The position numbers were made by a program, and so were the translations under genes. A DNA stretch of 64,000 nt. It comes from Nitrospirales bacterium (GTDB lineage: Bacteria; Nitrospirota; Nitrospiria; Nitrospirales; UBA8639). This document shows positions 1-15,000 of this stretch, one piece after another. Numbering within the stretch: the first letter of the stretch is position 1; every line of letters starts with the position of its first letter. The notes under the pieces are model-generated. The model saw only the letters and a program-made list of their open reading frames with translations, did no database searches and had not been told where the DNA came from. The DNA lies in the NCBI GenBank assembly GCA_965203295.1, contig CBDBCZ010000013.1:608001-672000 (forward strand), written 5' to 3'.

Positions 1-3000
1 TACTAATATGGAGAGGTCCTAAATGCATTTATGTCTGAGAATTTTCACTTGCTCTTTGGAGAATTCACAATGGTGCTTAAATGCCACTTTTTATCCCGTT
101 AGCACTATTGTGTCTCTTGCGGGCTATTTTCGCATCCTAGACAGTCAATTATGCACATACTTGTAGTAGATGACTCAGAGCTTTCTACTTTCGTACGTTG
201 CAACTTGAAGAAGAGATTTACTCTTCTCATTGGGTGACACCACTAGTCGAGTGTGTGGGTGGGGAGCACCCGGAGATTGTATGCACTCTCCACATATAGT
301 CTAATTACGTATGCCAGTATCCAAATTAAAAATCCATTTTACTAGTTCTTAGCTGGTCTTAGTATTGAGGCTATAACAATCCTAAAAACTTTGCATGAGC
401 GTTATTTAGAGCAGGTGAAGATAGAGTGGTCCTGACAGCACTCGTTCTCCAGGGTTTGAGATGCCCTCTGACCTTTAATGAGATTAAAAGGCGAGCAGAG
501 AAGATACCTTGCTAGCAAGTCATCTAAACCTGGATCACAGATAGCTACTAATATGGAGAGGTCTTAAATGCATTTATGTCTGAGAATTTTCACTTGCTCA
601 TTGGAGAATTCACAATGGTGCTTAAGTGCCACTTTTCAACCCTTCAGCACTATGTGTCTTTCGCTTTGTATTTTTATTTCCTAGATTGACATGAATGCAC
701 TAATTTGCAGTCGATGACGCAGATCTTTCTTGCTAGCAAGTTTTCTTAACCTGTATCAGAGATAGCTACTATTGTGGAGAGGCCTTGCATATATGTATGG
801 CTGAGAATTTTCACTTGCTGTTTGGAGAATTTACAATGGTGCTTAAAGTGCCACTTTTCATCCCACTAGCACCATGTGTCTTTCTCTACCTATGTTCGCT
901 TTCTAGACTGTCATGAAGGCACATATTTGTAGTAGATGACTCAGATCTTTCCTTGCTGAGCATACAATGGTGAAGCACCACAGCATTACATTGAGTGAGG
1001 TGGATGTTACGGATTCCAACCCTGGCTTTTAGCCAATGATGTACCATTCGGGTATGGCACATCCAATCATAGCACCATCCCAGGAACTTGGTCTTGTCCA
1101 TCAGTCCTACAATTCACTAATCCAGCCTCCCCGCTGTACCTGACTCTATTCCCTGTTTTCTTTCAGTCCTCATTTTCCTACTATCCTAATTATTCGCTCG
1201 TTTTTAATTATTCACTACTTCGCCTTGTTTCAAGCAATACTTTTGTAACACCTCACTCTACCCCTGATGATGACAGCTGCATAGTAATCTTGTACCAGAG
1301 ATAGATAATACTGTGGAAACTGCACAATGGTGCTTAAGTGCCACTTTTTATCCCATTAGCACCATGTGTCTTTCGCTGGCTATTTTCGCATCCTAAACTG
1401 TCATTAATGCTCATACTTGTAGTAGATGACTCGTAGCTTTGTACTTTCGTACTTTGCAACTTGAAGAAGAGATTAACTCTTCTCATTGGGTGACACAACT
1501 TGTCAAGTGGGTGGGTGGGGAGCACCCGGAGACTGTATGCACTCTCCACATATAGTCTTATTACATATGCCAGTATCCAAATTAAAAATCCATTTTACTA
1601 GTTCTTAGCTGGTCTTAGTATTGAGGCTGTAACAATGCTAAGAACTTTGCATGAGTGTTATTTGAGCAGGTGAGGATAGAGTGATCCTGGCAGCGCTAGT
1701 TCTCCAGGGTTTGAGATGCACTCTGACCTTTAATGAGATTAAAAGGTGAGCAGAAAAGATACCTTGCTAGCAAGTCATCTAAACCAGTATTACAAAAAGC
1801 TACTAATATGGAGAGGTCTTAAAAGCATTTATGTCTGAGAATTTTCACTTGCTCTTTGGAGAATTCACAATGGTGCTTAAGTGCCACTTTTTATCCCGTT
1901 AGCACCATTGTGTCTTTGACTGGCTATTTTGCATCCTAGACAATCAATTATGCACATACTTGTAGTAGATGACTCGGAGCTTTGTACGTTGCAACTTGAA
2001 GAAGAGATTTACTCTTCTCATTGGGTGACACCACTTGTCAAGTGGGTGGGTGGGGAGCACCCGGAGACTGTATGCACTCTCCACATATAGTCTAATTACG
2101 TATGCCATTATCCAAATTCAAAAATCCTTTTTTACTAGATCTTAGATGGTCTTGGTATTGAGGCTGTAACAATCCTAAGAACTTTTCATGAGTGTTATTT
2201 AGAGCAGGTGAGGATAGAGTGGTCCTGACAGCGCTAGTTCTCCAGGGTTTGAGATGCCCTCTGACCTTTAATGAGATTAAAAGGTGAGCAGAGAAGATAC
2301 CTTGCTAGCAAGTCATCTAAACCTGTATCACAGATAGCTACTAATATGGAGAGGTCTTAAATACATTTATGTCTGAGAATTTTCACTTGCTCTTTGGAGA
2401 ATTCACAATGGTGCTTAAGTACCACTTTTCAACCCTTTAGTACTATGCGTCTTTCGCTGGCTATTTCCGCATTCTAGACTGTCAATTATGCACATACTTG
2501 TAGTAGATGACTCGGAGCTTTGTACTTTCGTACGTTGCAACTTGAAGAAGAGATTTACTCTTCTCATTGGGTGACACCACTTGTCATGTGGGTGGGTGGG
2601 GAGCACCCGGAGATTGTATGCACTCTCCACATATAGTCTAATTACGTATGCCAGTATCCAAATTAAAAAATCCTTTTTTACTAGTTCTTAGTATTGAGGC
2701 TGTAACAATGCTAAGAACTTTGCATGAGTGGTATTTAGAGCAGGTGAGAATAGAGTGGTCCTGACAGCGCTAGTTCTCCAAGGTTTGAGATGCCCTCTGA
2801 CCTTTAATGAGATTATAAGGTGAGCAGAAAGATACCTTGCTAGCAAGTCATCAAAACCTGTATCACAGATAGCTCTACTAAAATGGAGAGGTCTTAAAAG
2901 CATTTATGTCTGAGAATTTTCACTTGCTCTTTGGAGAATTCACAATGGTGCTTAAATGCCACTTTTTATCCCGTTAGCACCATTGTGTCTTTGACTGGCT

Positions 3001-6000
3001 ATTTCGCATCCTAGACTGTTAATTATGCACATACTTGTAGTAGATGACTCGGAGCTTTGTACTTTCATACGTTGCAACTTGAAGAAGAGATTTACTCTTC
3101 TCATTGGGTGACACCACTTGTCAAGTGGGTGGGTGGGGAGCACCCGGAGATTGTATGCACTCTCCACATATAGTCTAATTACGTATGCCAGTATCCAAAT
3201 TAAAAATCCATTTTACTAGTTCTTAGCTGGTCTTAGTATTGAGGCTGTAACAATCCTAAAAACTTTGCATGAGTGTTATTTAGAGCAGGTGAGGATAGAG
3301 TGGTCCTTACAGCGCTCGTTCTCCAGGGTTTGAGATGCCCTCTGACCTTTAATGAGATTAAAAGGTGAGCAGAGAAGATACCTTGCTAGCAAGTCATCTA
3401 AACCTGTATCACAGATAGCTACTAATATGAAGAGATCTTAAATGCATTTATGTCGGAGAATTTTAACTTGCTCTTTGGAGAATTCACAATGGTGCTTAAG
3501 TGCCACTTTTCAACCCTTTAGCACTATGTGTCTTTCTCTTGGTATTTTTATTTTCTAGATTGACATGAATGCACTAATTTGCAGTCGATGACGCAGATCT
3601 TTCTTGCTAGCAAGTTTTCTTAACCTGTATCAGAGATAGCTACTATTGTGGAGAGGCCTTGCATATATGTATGGCTGAGAATTTTCACTTGCTGTTTGGA
3701 GAATTTACAATGGTGCTTAAAGTGCCACTTTTCATCCCACTAGCACCATGTGTCTTTCTCTAGCTATGTTCGCTTTCTAGACTGTCATGAAGGCACATAT
3801 TTGTAGTAGATGACTCAGATCTTTCCTTGCTGAGCATACAATGGTGAAGCACCACAGCATTACATTGAGTGAAGTGGATGTTACGGAATCCAACCCTGGC
3901 CTTTAGCCAATGATGTACTATTTGGGTATGGCACATCCAATCATAGCACCATCCCAGGAACTTGGTCTTGTCCATCAGGCCTACAATTCACTAATCCAGC
4001 CTCCCCGCTGTACCTGACTCTATTCCCTGTTTTCTTTCAGTCCTCATTTTCCTAATATCCTAATTATTCGCTCGTTTTTAATTATTCACTACATCGCCTT
4101 GTTTCAAGCAGTACTTTTGTAACACCTCACTCTACCTCTGTTGATGACAGCTGCATAGTAATCTTGTATCAGAGATAGATAATACTGTGGAAACTGCACA
4201 ATGGTGCTTAAGTGCCACTTTTTGTCCCATTAGCACCATGTGTCTTTTGCTGGCTATTTTCGCATCCTAAACTGTCATTAATGCACATACTTGTAGTAGA
4301 TGACTCGGAGCTTTGTACTTTCGTACGTTGCAACTTGAAGAAGAGATTTACTCTTCTCATTGGGTGACACCATTTGTCAAGTGGGTGGGTGGGGAGCACC
4401 CGGAGATTGTATGAACTCTCCACATATTATAGTCTAATTACGTATGCCAGAATCCAAATTCAAAAATCCTTTTTTGCTAGTTCTTAGCTGTTCTTAGTAT
4501 TGAGGCTGTAACAATCCTAAGAACTTTGCATGAGTGTTATTTAGAGCAGGTGAGGATAGAGTTGTCCTTACAGCGCTAGTTCTCCAGGCTTTGAGATGCC
4601 CTCTGACCTTTAATGAGATTACAAGGTGAGCAGAAAAGATACCTTGCTAGCATGTCATCTAAACCTGTATCACAGATAGCTACTAATATGGGAGGTCTTA
4701 AAAGCGTATATGTCTGAGAATTTTCACTTGCTCTTTGGAGAATTCACAATGGTGCTTAAGTGCCACTTTTTATCCCGTTAGCACCATTGTGTCTTTGACT
4801 GGCTATTTCGCATCCTAGACTGTTAATTATGCACATACTTGTAGTAGATGACTCGGAGCTTTGTACTTTCGTACGTTGCAACTTGAAGAAGAGATTTACT
4901 CTTCTCATTGGGTGACACCACTTGTCAAGTGGGTGGGTGGGGAGCACCCGGAGATTGTATGCACTCCCCACATATAGTCTAATTACGTATGCTAGTATCC
5001 AAATTAAAAATCCATTTTACTAGTTCTTAACTGGTCTTAGTATTGAGGCTGCAACAATCCTAAAAAGTTTGCATGAGTGTTATTTAGAGCAGGTGAGGAT
5101 AGAGTGGTCATGACAGCGCTCGTTCTCCAGGGTTTGAGATGCCCTCTGACCTTTAATGAGATTAAAAGGTGAGCAGAGAAGATACCTTGCTAGCAAGTCA
5201 TCTAAACCTGTATCACAGATAGCTACATATATGAAGAGGTCTTAAATGCATTTATATCTAAGAATTTTCACTTGCTCTTTGGAGAATTCACAATGGTGCT
5301 TAAGTGCCACTTTTCAACCCTTTAGCACTATGTGTCTTTCGCTTGTTATTTTTATTTCCTAGATTGACATGAATGCACTAATTTGCAGTCGACGACGCAG
5401 ATCTTTCTTGCTAGCAAGTTTTCTTAACCTGTATCAGAGATAGCTACTATTGTGGAGAGGCCTTGCATATATGTATGGCTGAGAATTTTCACTTGCTGTT
5501 TGGAGAATTTACAATGGTGCTTAAAGTGCCACTTTTCATCCCACTAGCACCATGTGTCTTTCTCTAGCTATGTTCGCTTTCTAGACTGTCATGAAGGCAC
5601 ATATTTGTAGTAGATGACTCAGATCTTTCCTTGCTGAGCATGCAATGGTGAAGCACCACAGCATTACATTGAGTGAAGTGGATGTTACGGATTCCAACCC
5701 TGGCCTTTAGCCAATGATGTACCATTCGGGTATGGCACATCCAATCATAGCACCATCCCAGGAACTTGGTCTTGTCCATCAGGCCTACAATTCCCTAATC
5801 CAGCCTCCCCGCTGTACCTGACTCTATTCCCTGTTTTCTTTCAGTCCTCATTTTCCTACTATCCTAATTTATCGCTCGTTTTTAATTATTCACTACTTCA
5901 CCTTGTTTCAAGCAGTAATTTTGTAACACCTCACTCTACCTCTGATGATGACAGCTGCATAATAATCTTGTGTCAGAGATAGATAATACTGTGGAAACTG

Positions 6001-9000
6001 TAAAATGGTGCTTAAGTGCCACTTTTTATCCCGTTAGCACCATGTGTCTTTCGCTGGCTATTTTAGCATCCTAAACTGTCATTAATGCACATACTTGTAG
6101 TAGATGACTCGGAGCTTTGTACTTTCGTACGTTGCAACTTGAAGAAGAGATTAACTCTTCTCATTGGGTGATACCACTTGTCAAGTGGGAGGGTGGGGAG
6201 CACCCGGAGACTGTATGCACTCTCCACATATAGTCTAATTACGTATGCCAGTATCCTAATTCAAAAATCATTTTTTACTAGTTCTTAGCTTGTCTTAGTA
6301 TTGAGGCTGTTACAATCCTAAGAACTTTGCATGAGTGTTATTTAGAGCAGGTGAGGATAGAGTGGTCCTGACAGCGCTAGTTCTCCAGGGTTTGAGATGC
6401 CCTCTGACCTTTAATGAGATTACAATGTGAGCAGAAAAAATACCTTGCTAACAAGTCATCTAAACCTGTATCACAGATAGCTACTAATATGGAGAGGTCT
6501 TAAATGCATTTATGTCTGAGAATTTTCACTTGCTCTTTGGAGAATTCACAATGGTGCTTAAATGCCACTTTTTATCCCGTTAGCACCATTGTGTCTTTTG
6601 CTGGCTATTTTCGCATCCTAGACAGTCAATTATGCACACACTTGTAGTAGATGACTCGGAGCTTTGTACTTTCGTACGTTGCAACGTGAAGAAGAGATTC
6701 ACTCTTCTCATTGCGTGACACCACTAGTCGAGTGGGTGGGTGGGGAGTACCCGGAGATTGTATGCACTCTCTACATATAGTCTAATTACGTATGCCAGTA
6801 TCCAAATTAAAAATCCATTTTACTAGTTCTTAGCTGGTCTTAGTATTGAGGCTGTAAAAATCCTAAAAACTTTGCATGAGTGTTATTTAGAGCAGGTGAG
6901 GATAGAGTGGTCCTGACAGCGCACGTTCTCCAGGGTTTGAGATGCCCTCTGACCTTTAATGAGATTAAAAGGCGAGCAGAGAAGATACCTTGCTAGCAAG
7001 TCATCTAAACCTGTATCACAGATAGCTACTAACATGGAGAGGTCTTAAATGCATTTATGTTAGAGAATTTTCACTTGCTCTTTGGAGAATTCACAATGGT
7101 GCTTTAGTGCCACTTTTCAACCCTTTAGCACTATGTGTCTTTCGCTTGGTATTTTTATTTCCTAGATTGAAATGAATGCACTAATTTGCAGTCGATGACG
7201 CAGATCTTTCTTGCTAGCAAGTTTTCTTAATCTGTATCAGAGATAGCTACTATTGTGGAGAGGCCTTGCATATATGTTTGGCTGAGAATTTTCACTTGCT
7301 GTTTGGAGAATTTACAATGGTGCTTAAAGTGCCACTTTTCATCCCACTAGCACCATGTGTCTTTCTCTAGCTATGTTCGCTTTCTAGACTGTCATGAAGG
7401 CACATATTTGTAGTAGATGACTCAGATCTTTCCTTGCTGAGCATGCAATGGTGAAGCACCACAGCATTACATTGAGTGAAGTGGATGTTACGGAATCCAA
7501 CCCTGGCCTTTAGCCAATGATGTACCATTCGGGTATGGCACATCCAAGCATAGCACCATCCCAGGAACTTGGTCCAGTCCTACAATTCACTAATCCAGCC
7601 TCCACGCTGTACCTGACTCTATTCCCTGTTTTCTTTCAGTCCTCATTTTCCTACTATCCTAATTATTCGCTCGTTTTTAATTATTCACTACTTCGCCTTG
7701 TTTCAAGCAGTAATTTTGTAACACCTCACTCTACCTCTGATGATGACAGCTGCATAGTAATCTTGTACCAGAGATAGATAAAACTGTGGAAACTGCACAA
7801 TGGTGCTTAAGTGCCACTTTTTATCCCGTTAGCACCATGTGTCTTTCGCTGGCTATTTTCGCATCCTAAACTGTCATTAATGCACATACTTGTAGTAGAT
7901 GACTCGGAGCTTTGTACTTTCGTACGTTGCAACTTGAAGAAGAGATTCACTCTTCTCATTGGGTGATACCACTTGTCAAGTGGGAGGGTGGGGAGCACCC
8001 GGAGACTGTATGCACTCTCCACATATAGTCTAATTACGTATGCCAGTATCCAAATTCAAAAATCCTTTTTTACTAGTTCTTAGCTGGTCTTAGTATTGAG
8101 GCTGTGACAATCCTAAAAACTTTGCATGAGTGTTATTTAGAGCAGGTGAGGATAGAGTGGTCCTGACAGCGCTAGTTCTCCAGGCTTTGAGATGCCCTCT
8201 GACCTTTAATGTGATTAAAAGGTGAGCAAAAAAGATACCTTGCTAGCAAGTCATCTAAACCTGTATCACAGATAGCTACTAATATGGAGAGGTCTTAAAT
8301 GCATTTATGTCTGAGAATTTTAACTTGCTCTTTGGAGAATTCACAAATGCCACTTTTTATCCCGTTAGCACTAAGTGTCTTTCGCTGGCTATTTTCGCAT
8401 CCTAAACTGTCATTAATGCGCATACTTGTAGTGGATGACTCGTAGCTTTGTACTTTCGTACTTTGCAACTTGAAGAAGAGATTAACTCTTCTCATTGGGT
8501 GACACCACTTGTCAAGTGGTTGGGTGGGGAGCACCCGGAGATTGTATGCACTCTCCACATATAGTCTAATTACGTATGCCAGTATCCAAATTCAAAAATC
8601 CTTTTTACTAGTTCTTAGCTGGTATTAGTATTGAGGCTGTAACAATCCTAAGAACTTTGCATGAGTGTTATTTAGAGCAGGTGAGGATAGAGTGGTCCTG
8701 ACAGCGCTAGTTCTCCAGGCTTTGAGATGCCCTCTGACCTTTAATGAGATTACAAGGGGAGCAGAAAAGATACCTTGCTAGCAAGTCATTTAAACCTGTA
8801 TCACAGATAGCTACTAATATGGAGAGGTCTTAAATGCATTTATGTCTGAGAATTTTCACTTGCTCTTTGGAGAATTCACAATGGTGCTTAAATGCTACTT
8901 TTTATCCCGTTAGCACCATTGTGTCTTTCGCTGGCTATTTTCGCATCCTAGACAGTCAATTATGCATATACTTGTAGTAGATGACTCGGAGCTTTGTACT

Positions 9001-12000
9001 TTTGTACGTTGCAACTTGAAGAAGAGATTTACTCTTCTCATTGGGTGACACCACTAGTCGAGTGGGTGGGTGGGGAGCACCCGGAGATTGTATACACTCT
9101 CCACATATAGTCTAATTACGTATGCCAGTATCCAAATTCAAAAATCCTTTTTTACTAGTTCTTAGCTGGTCTTAGTATTGAGGCTGTAACAATCCTAAGA
9201 ACTTTGCATGAGTGTTATTTAGAGCAGGTGAGGATAGAGTGGTCCTGACAGCGCTAGTTCTCCAGGCTTTGAGATGCCCTCTGACCTTTAATGAGATTAA
9301 AAGGTGAGCAGAGAAGATACCTTGCTAGCAAGTCATCTAAACCTGTATCACAGATAGCTACTAATATGGAGAGGTCTTAAATGCATTTATGTCTGAGAAT
9401 TTTCACTTGCTCTTTGGAGAATTCACAATGGTGCTTAAGTGCCACTTTTCAACCCTTTAGCACTATCTGTATTTTGCTTGGTATTTTTATTTCCTAGATT
9501 GACCTGAATGCACTAATTTGCAGTCGATGACGCAGATCTTTCTTGCTAGCAAGTTTTCTTAACCTGTATCAGAGATAGCTACTATTGTGGAGAGGCCTTG
9601 CATATATGTATGGCTGAGAATTTTCACTTGCTGTTTGGAGAATTTACAATGGTGCTTAAAGTGCCGCTTTTCATCCCACTAGCACCATGTGTCTTTCTCT
9701 AGCTATGTTCGCTTTCTAGACTGTCATGAAGGCACATATTTGTAGTAGATGACGCAGATCTATCCTTGCTGAGCATGCAATGGTGAAGCACAACAGCATT
9801 ACATTGAGTGAGGTGGATGTTACGGATTCCAACCCTGGCCTTTAGCCAATGATGTACCATTCGGGTTTGGCACATCCAATCATAGCACCATCCCAGGAAC
9901 GTGGTCTTGTCCATCATGCCTACAATTCACTAATCCAGCCTCCACGCTGTACCTGACTCTATTCCCTGTTTTATTTCAGTCCTCATTTTCCTACTATCCT
10001 AATTATTCGCTCGTTTTTAATTATTCACTACTTCGCCTTGTTTCAAGCAATACTTTCGTAACACCTCACTCTACCCCTGATGATGACAGCTGCATAGTAA
10101 TCTTGTACCAGAGATAGATAATACTGTGGAAACTGCACAATGGTGCTTAAGTGCCACATTTTATCCCTTTAGCACCATGTGTCTTTCGCTGGCTATTTTC
10201 GCATCCTAAACTGTCATTAATGCACATACTTGTAGTAGATGACTCGGAGCTATGTACTTTCGTACATTGCAACTTGAAGAAGAGATTAACTCTTCTCATT
10301 GGGTGACACCACTTGTCAAGTGGGTGGGTGGGGAGCACCCGGAGATTGTTTGCACTCTCCACATATAGTATAATTACGTATGCCAGTATCCAAATTCAAA
10401 AATCCTTTTTTACTAGTTCTTAGCTGGTCTTAGTATTGAGGCTGTAACAATCCCAAGAACGTTGCATGAATGTTATTTAGAGCAGGTGAGGATAGAGTGG
10501 TCCTGGCATCGCTAGTTCTCCAGGCTTTGAGATGCCCTCTGACCTTTAATGAGATTAAAAGGTGAGCAGAAAAGATTCCTTGCTAGCAAGTCATCTAAAC
10601 CTGTATCACAGATAGCTACTGATATGGAGAGGTCTTAAATGCATTTATGTCTGAGAATTTTCACTTGCTCTTTGGAGAATTCACAATGGTGCTTAAAAGC
10701 CACTTTTTATCCCGTTAGCACCATTGTGTCTTTTGCTGGCTATTTTCGCATCCTAGACTGTCAATTATGCACATACTTTTAGTAGATGACTCGGAGCTTT
10801 GTACTTTCGTACGTTGCAACTTGAAGAAGAGATTAACTCTTCTCATTGGGTGACACCACTAGTCGAGTGGGTGGGTGGGGAGCACCCGGAGATTGTATGC
10901 ACTCTCCACATATTGTCTAATTACGTATGCCAGTATTCAAATTTAAAATTCATTTACTAGTTGTTAGCTGGTCTTAGTATTGAGGCTGTAACAATCCTAA
11001 AAACTTTGCATGAGCGTTATTTAGAGCAGGTGAGGATAGAGTGGTCCTGACAGCACTCGTTCTCCAGGGTTTGAGATGCCCTCTGACCTTTAATGAGATT
11101 AAAAGGTGAGCAGAGAAGATACCTTGCTAGCAAGTCATCTAAACCTGGATCACAGATAGCTACTAATATGGAGAGGTCTTAAATGCATTTATGTCTGAGA
11201 ATTTTCACTTGCTCTTTGGAGAATTCACAATGGTGCTTAAGTGCCACTTCCCTTTAGCACTATGTGTCTTTCGCTTGGTATTTATATTTCTTAGATTGAC
11301 ATGAATGCACTAATTTGCAGTCGATGACGCAGATCTTTCTTGCTAGCAAGTTTTTTTAACCTGTATCAGAGATAGTTACTATTGTGGAGAGGCCTTGCAT
11401 ATATGTTTGGCTGAGAATTTTCACTTGCTGCTTTGAGAATTTACAATGGTGCTTAAACTCCCACTTTTCATCCCACTAGCACCATGTGTCTTTCTCTAGC
11501 TATGTTCGCTTTCTAGACTGTCATGAAGGCACATATTTGTAGTAGATGACTCAGATCTATCCTTGCTGAGCATGCAATGGTGAAGCACCACAGCATTACA
11601 TTGAGTGAGGTGGATGTTACGGATTCCAACCCTGGCCTTTAGCCAATGATGTACCATTCAGATATGGCACATCCAATCATAGCACCATCCCGGGAACTTG
11701 GTCTTGTCCATCAGGCCTACAATTCACTAATCCAGCCTCCCCGCTGTACCTGACTCTATTCCCTGTTTTCTTTCAGTCCTCATTTTCCTACTATCCTAAT
11801 TATTCGCTCGTTTTTAATTATTCACTACTTCGCCTTGTTTCAAGCAGTACTTTTGTAACACCTCACTCTACCCCTGATGATGACAGCTGCATAGTTATCT
11901 AGTACCAGATATAGATAATACTGTAGAAACTGCACAATGGTGCTTAAGTGCCACATTTTATCCCGTTAGCACCATTTGTCTTTTGCTGGCTATTTTCGCA

Positions 12001-15000
12001 TCCTAAACTGTCATTAATGCACATACTTGTAGTAGATGACTCGGAGCTTTGTACTTCGTACGTTGCAGCTTGAAGAAGAGATTTACTCTTCTCATTGGGT
12101 GATACCACTTGTCAAGTGGGTGGGTGGGGAGCACCCGGAGACTGTATGCACTCTCCACATATAGTCTAATTACGTATGCCAGTATCCAAATTCAAAAATA
12201 CTTTTTTACTAGTTCTTAGCTCGTCTTAGTATTGAGGCTGTAACAATCCTAAGAACTTTGCATGAGTGTTATTTAGAGCAGGTGAGGATAGAGTGGTCCT
12301 GGCAGCGCTAGTTCTCAAGGCTTTGAGATGCCCTCTGACCTTTAATGAGATTAAAAGGTGAGCAGAAAAGATACCTTGCTAGCAAGTCATCTAAACCTGT
12401 ATCACAGATAGCTACTAATATGGAGAGGTCTTAAATGCATTTATGTCTGAGAATTTTCACTTGCTCTTTGGAGAATTCACAATGGTGCTTTAATGCCACT
12501 TTTTATCCCGTTAGCACCATTGTGTCTTTTGCTGGCTATTTTCGCATCCTAGACATTCAATTATGCACATACTTGTAGTAGATGACTCGGAGCTTTGTAC
12601 TTTCGTATGTTGCAACTTGAAGAAGAGATTTACTCTTCTCATTGGGTGACACCACTAGTCGAGTGGGTGGGTGGGGAGCACCCGGAGATTGTATGCACTC
12701 TCCACATATAGTCTAATTACGTATGCCTGTATCCAAGTTAAAAATCCATTTTACTAGTTCTTAGCTGGTCTTAGTATTGAGGTTGTAACAATCCTAAAAA
12801 CTTTGCATGAGTGTTATTTAGAGCAGGTGAGGATAGAGTGATCCTTACAGCGCTCGTTCTCCAGGGTTTGAGATGCCCTCTGACCTTTAATGAGATTAAA
12901 AGGTGAGCAGAGAAGATACCTTGCTAGCAAGTCATCTAAACCTGTATCACAGATAGCTACTAATATGGAGAGGTCTTAAATGCATTTATGTCTGAGAATT
13001 TTCACTTGTTCTTTGTAGAATTCACAATGGTGCTTAAGTGCCACTTCCCTTTAGCACTATGTGTCTTTCGCTTGGTATTTTTATTTCCTAGATTGACATG
13101 AATGCACTAATTTGCAGTCGATGACGCAGATCTTTCTTGCTAGCAAGTTTTCTTAACCTGTATCAGAGATAACTACTATTGTGGAGAGGCCTTGCATATA
13201 TGTATGGCTGAGAATTTTCGCTTGCTGTTTGGAGAATTTACAATGGTGCTTAAACTGCCACTTTTCATCCCGCTAGCACCATGTTTCTTTCTACAGCTAT
13301 GTTCGCTACCTAGACTGTCATGAAGGCCCATATATGTATTAGATGACTCAAATCTATCCTTGCTGAGCATGCAATGGTGAAGCACCACCGCATTACATGG
13401 AGTGAGGCGGATGTTACGAATTCCAACCCTGGCCTTAGCCAATGATGTACCATTCGGGTATGGCACATCCAATCATAGCACCATCCCATCATCAAGGAAC
13501 TTGGTCTTGTCCATCAGGCCTACAATTCACAAATCCAGCCTCCCCGCGGTACATGACTCTATTCCCTGTTTTGTTTCAGTCCTCTTTTCCCTCCTATTCT
13601 AATTATTCGCTCGTTTTTAATTATTCACCACTTTGCCTTGTTTCAAGCAGTACTTTAGTAACACCTCACTCTACCACTGATGATGACAGCTGTATTGTAA
13701 TCTTGTACCAGAGAGAGATATTACTGTGGGAATTGCACAACGGTGCCATTTTTTATCCCATTAGCACCATGTGTCTTTCGCTGGCTATTTTCGCATCCTA
13801 GACTGTCATTAATGCACATACTTGTAGTAGATGACTAGGATCTTTGAAATTTTGTACGTTGCAACTTGAAAAAGGGATTTACACTTCTCATTAGGTGATA
13901 CCACTTGTCGAGGAAGTGGGTGGGGAGCACTCGGAAACTGTATGTACTCTCCACATATAGTCTAATTACGTACGCCAGTCTCCCAATTAAGAATCCATTT
14001 TACTAGTTCTTAGCTGGTCTTAGAAATGAGGCTGTAACAGTCCTAAGAACTGTGCTTGAGTGTTATCTTGGGCATGTGCTGATGGGGTGTTCCTGACGGT
14101 GCTAGTTCACCAGAGTTTGAGATGCCTTCTGACCTTTGATGAGATTTAAAGAGGAGCAGAGCAGATACCTTGCCAGCAAGTTTTCCAAACCTGTATCACA
14201 GTTAGCTACTATTGTGGAGAGGTCTTAAATGCATTTACATCTCAGAATTTTCACTTGCTCTTTGGAGAATTCACAATGGTGCTAAGTGCCACTTTTCTGC
14301 CATTTAGCACCATGTGTCTATTGCTGGGTATTTTAATTTTCTAGATTGACATGAATGCACTAACTTGTAGTCGATGACGCAGATCTTTCTTGCTAGCAAA
14401 TTATCTTAACCTGTATCAGAAATAGCTACTATTGTGGAGAGGCCTTGCATATATGTATGGCTGAGGATTTTCACTTGCTGTTTGGAGAATGCACAATGGT
14501 GCTTAAAGTGCCACTTTTCATCCCACTAGCACCATGTGTCTTTCTACAGCTATGTTCGCTTCCTAGACTGTCATGAAGGCACATATTTGTAGTAGATGAC
14601 TCAGATCTATCCTTGCTGAGCATGCAATGGTGAAACACCACAGCATTACATGGAGTGAGGTTGATGTTACGGATTCCAACCCTGGCCTTAGCCAATGATG
14701 TACCATTCGGGTATGGCACATCCAATCATAGCACCATCCCATCAACAAGGAACTTGGTCTTGTCCATCAGCCCTACAATTCACTAATCCAGCCTCCCCAC
14801 TATACCTGATTCTGTTCCCTGTTTTGTTTCAGTCCTCTTTTCTCTCGTATCCTAATTATTCACTTGTTTTTAATTATTCACCACTTTGCCTTGTTTCAAG
14901 CAGTACTTTAGTAACACTTCACTCTACCCATGATAATGACAGCTGTATAGTAATCTTGTACCAGAGATAGATATTACTGTGGAAAATGCACGATGGTGCT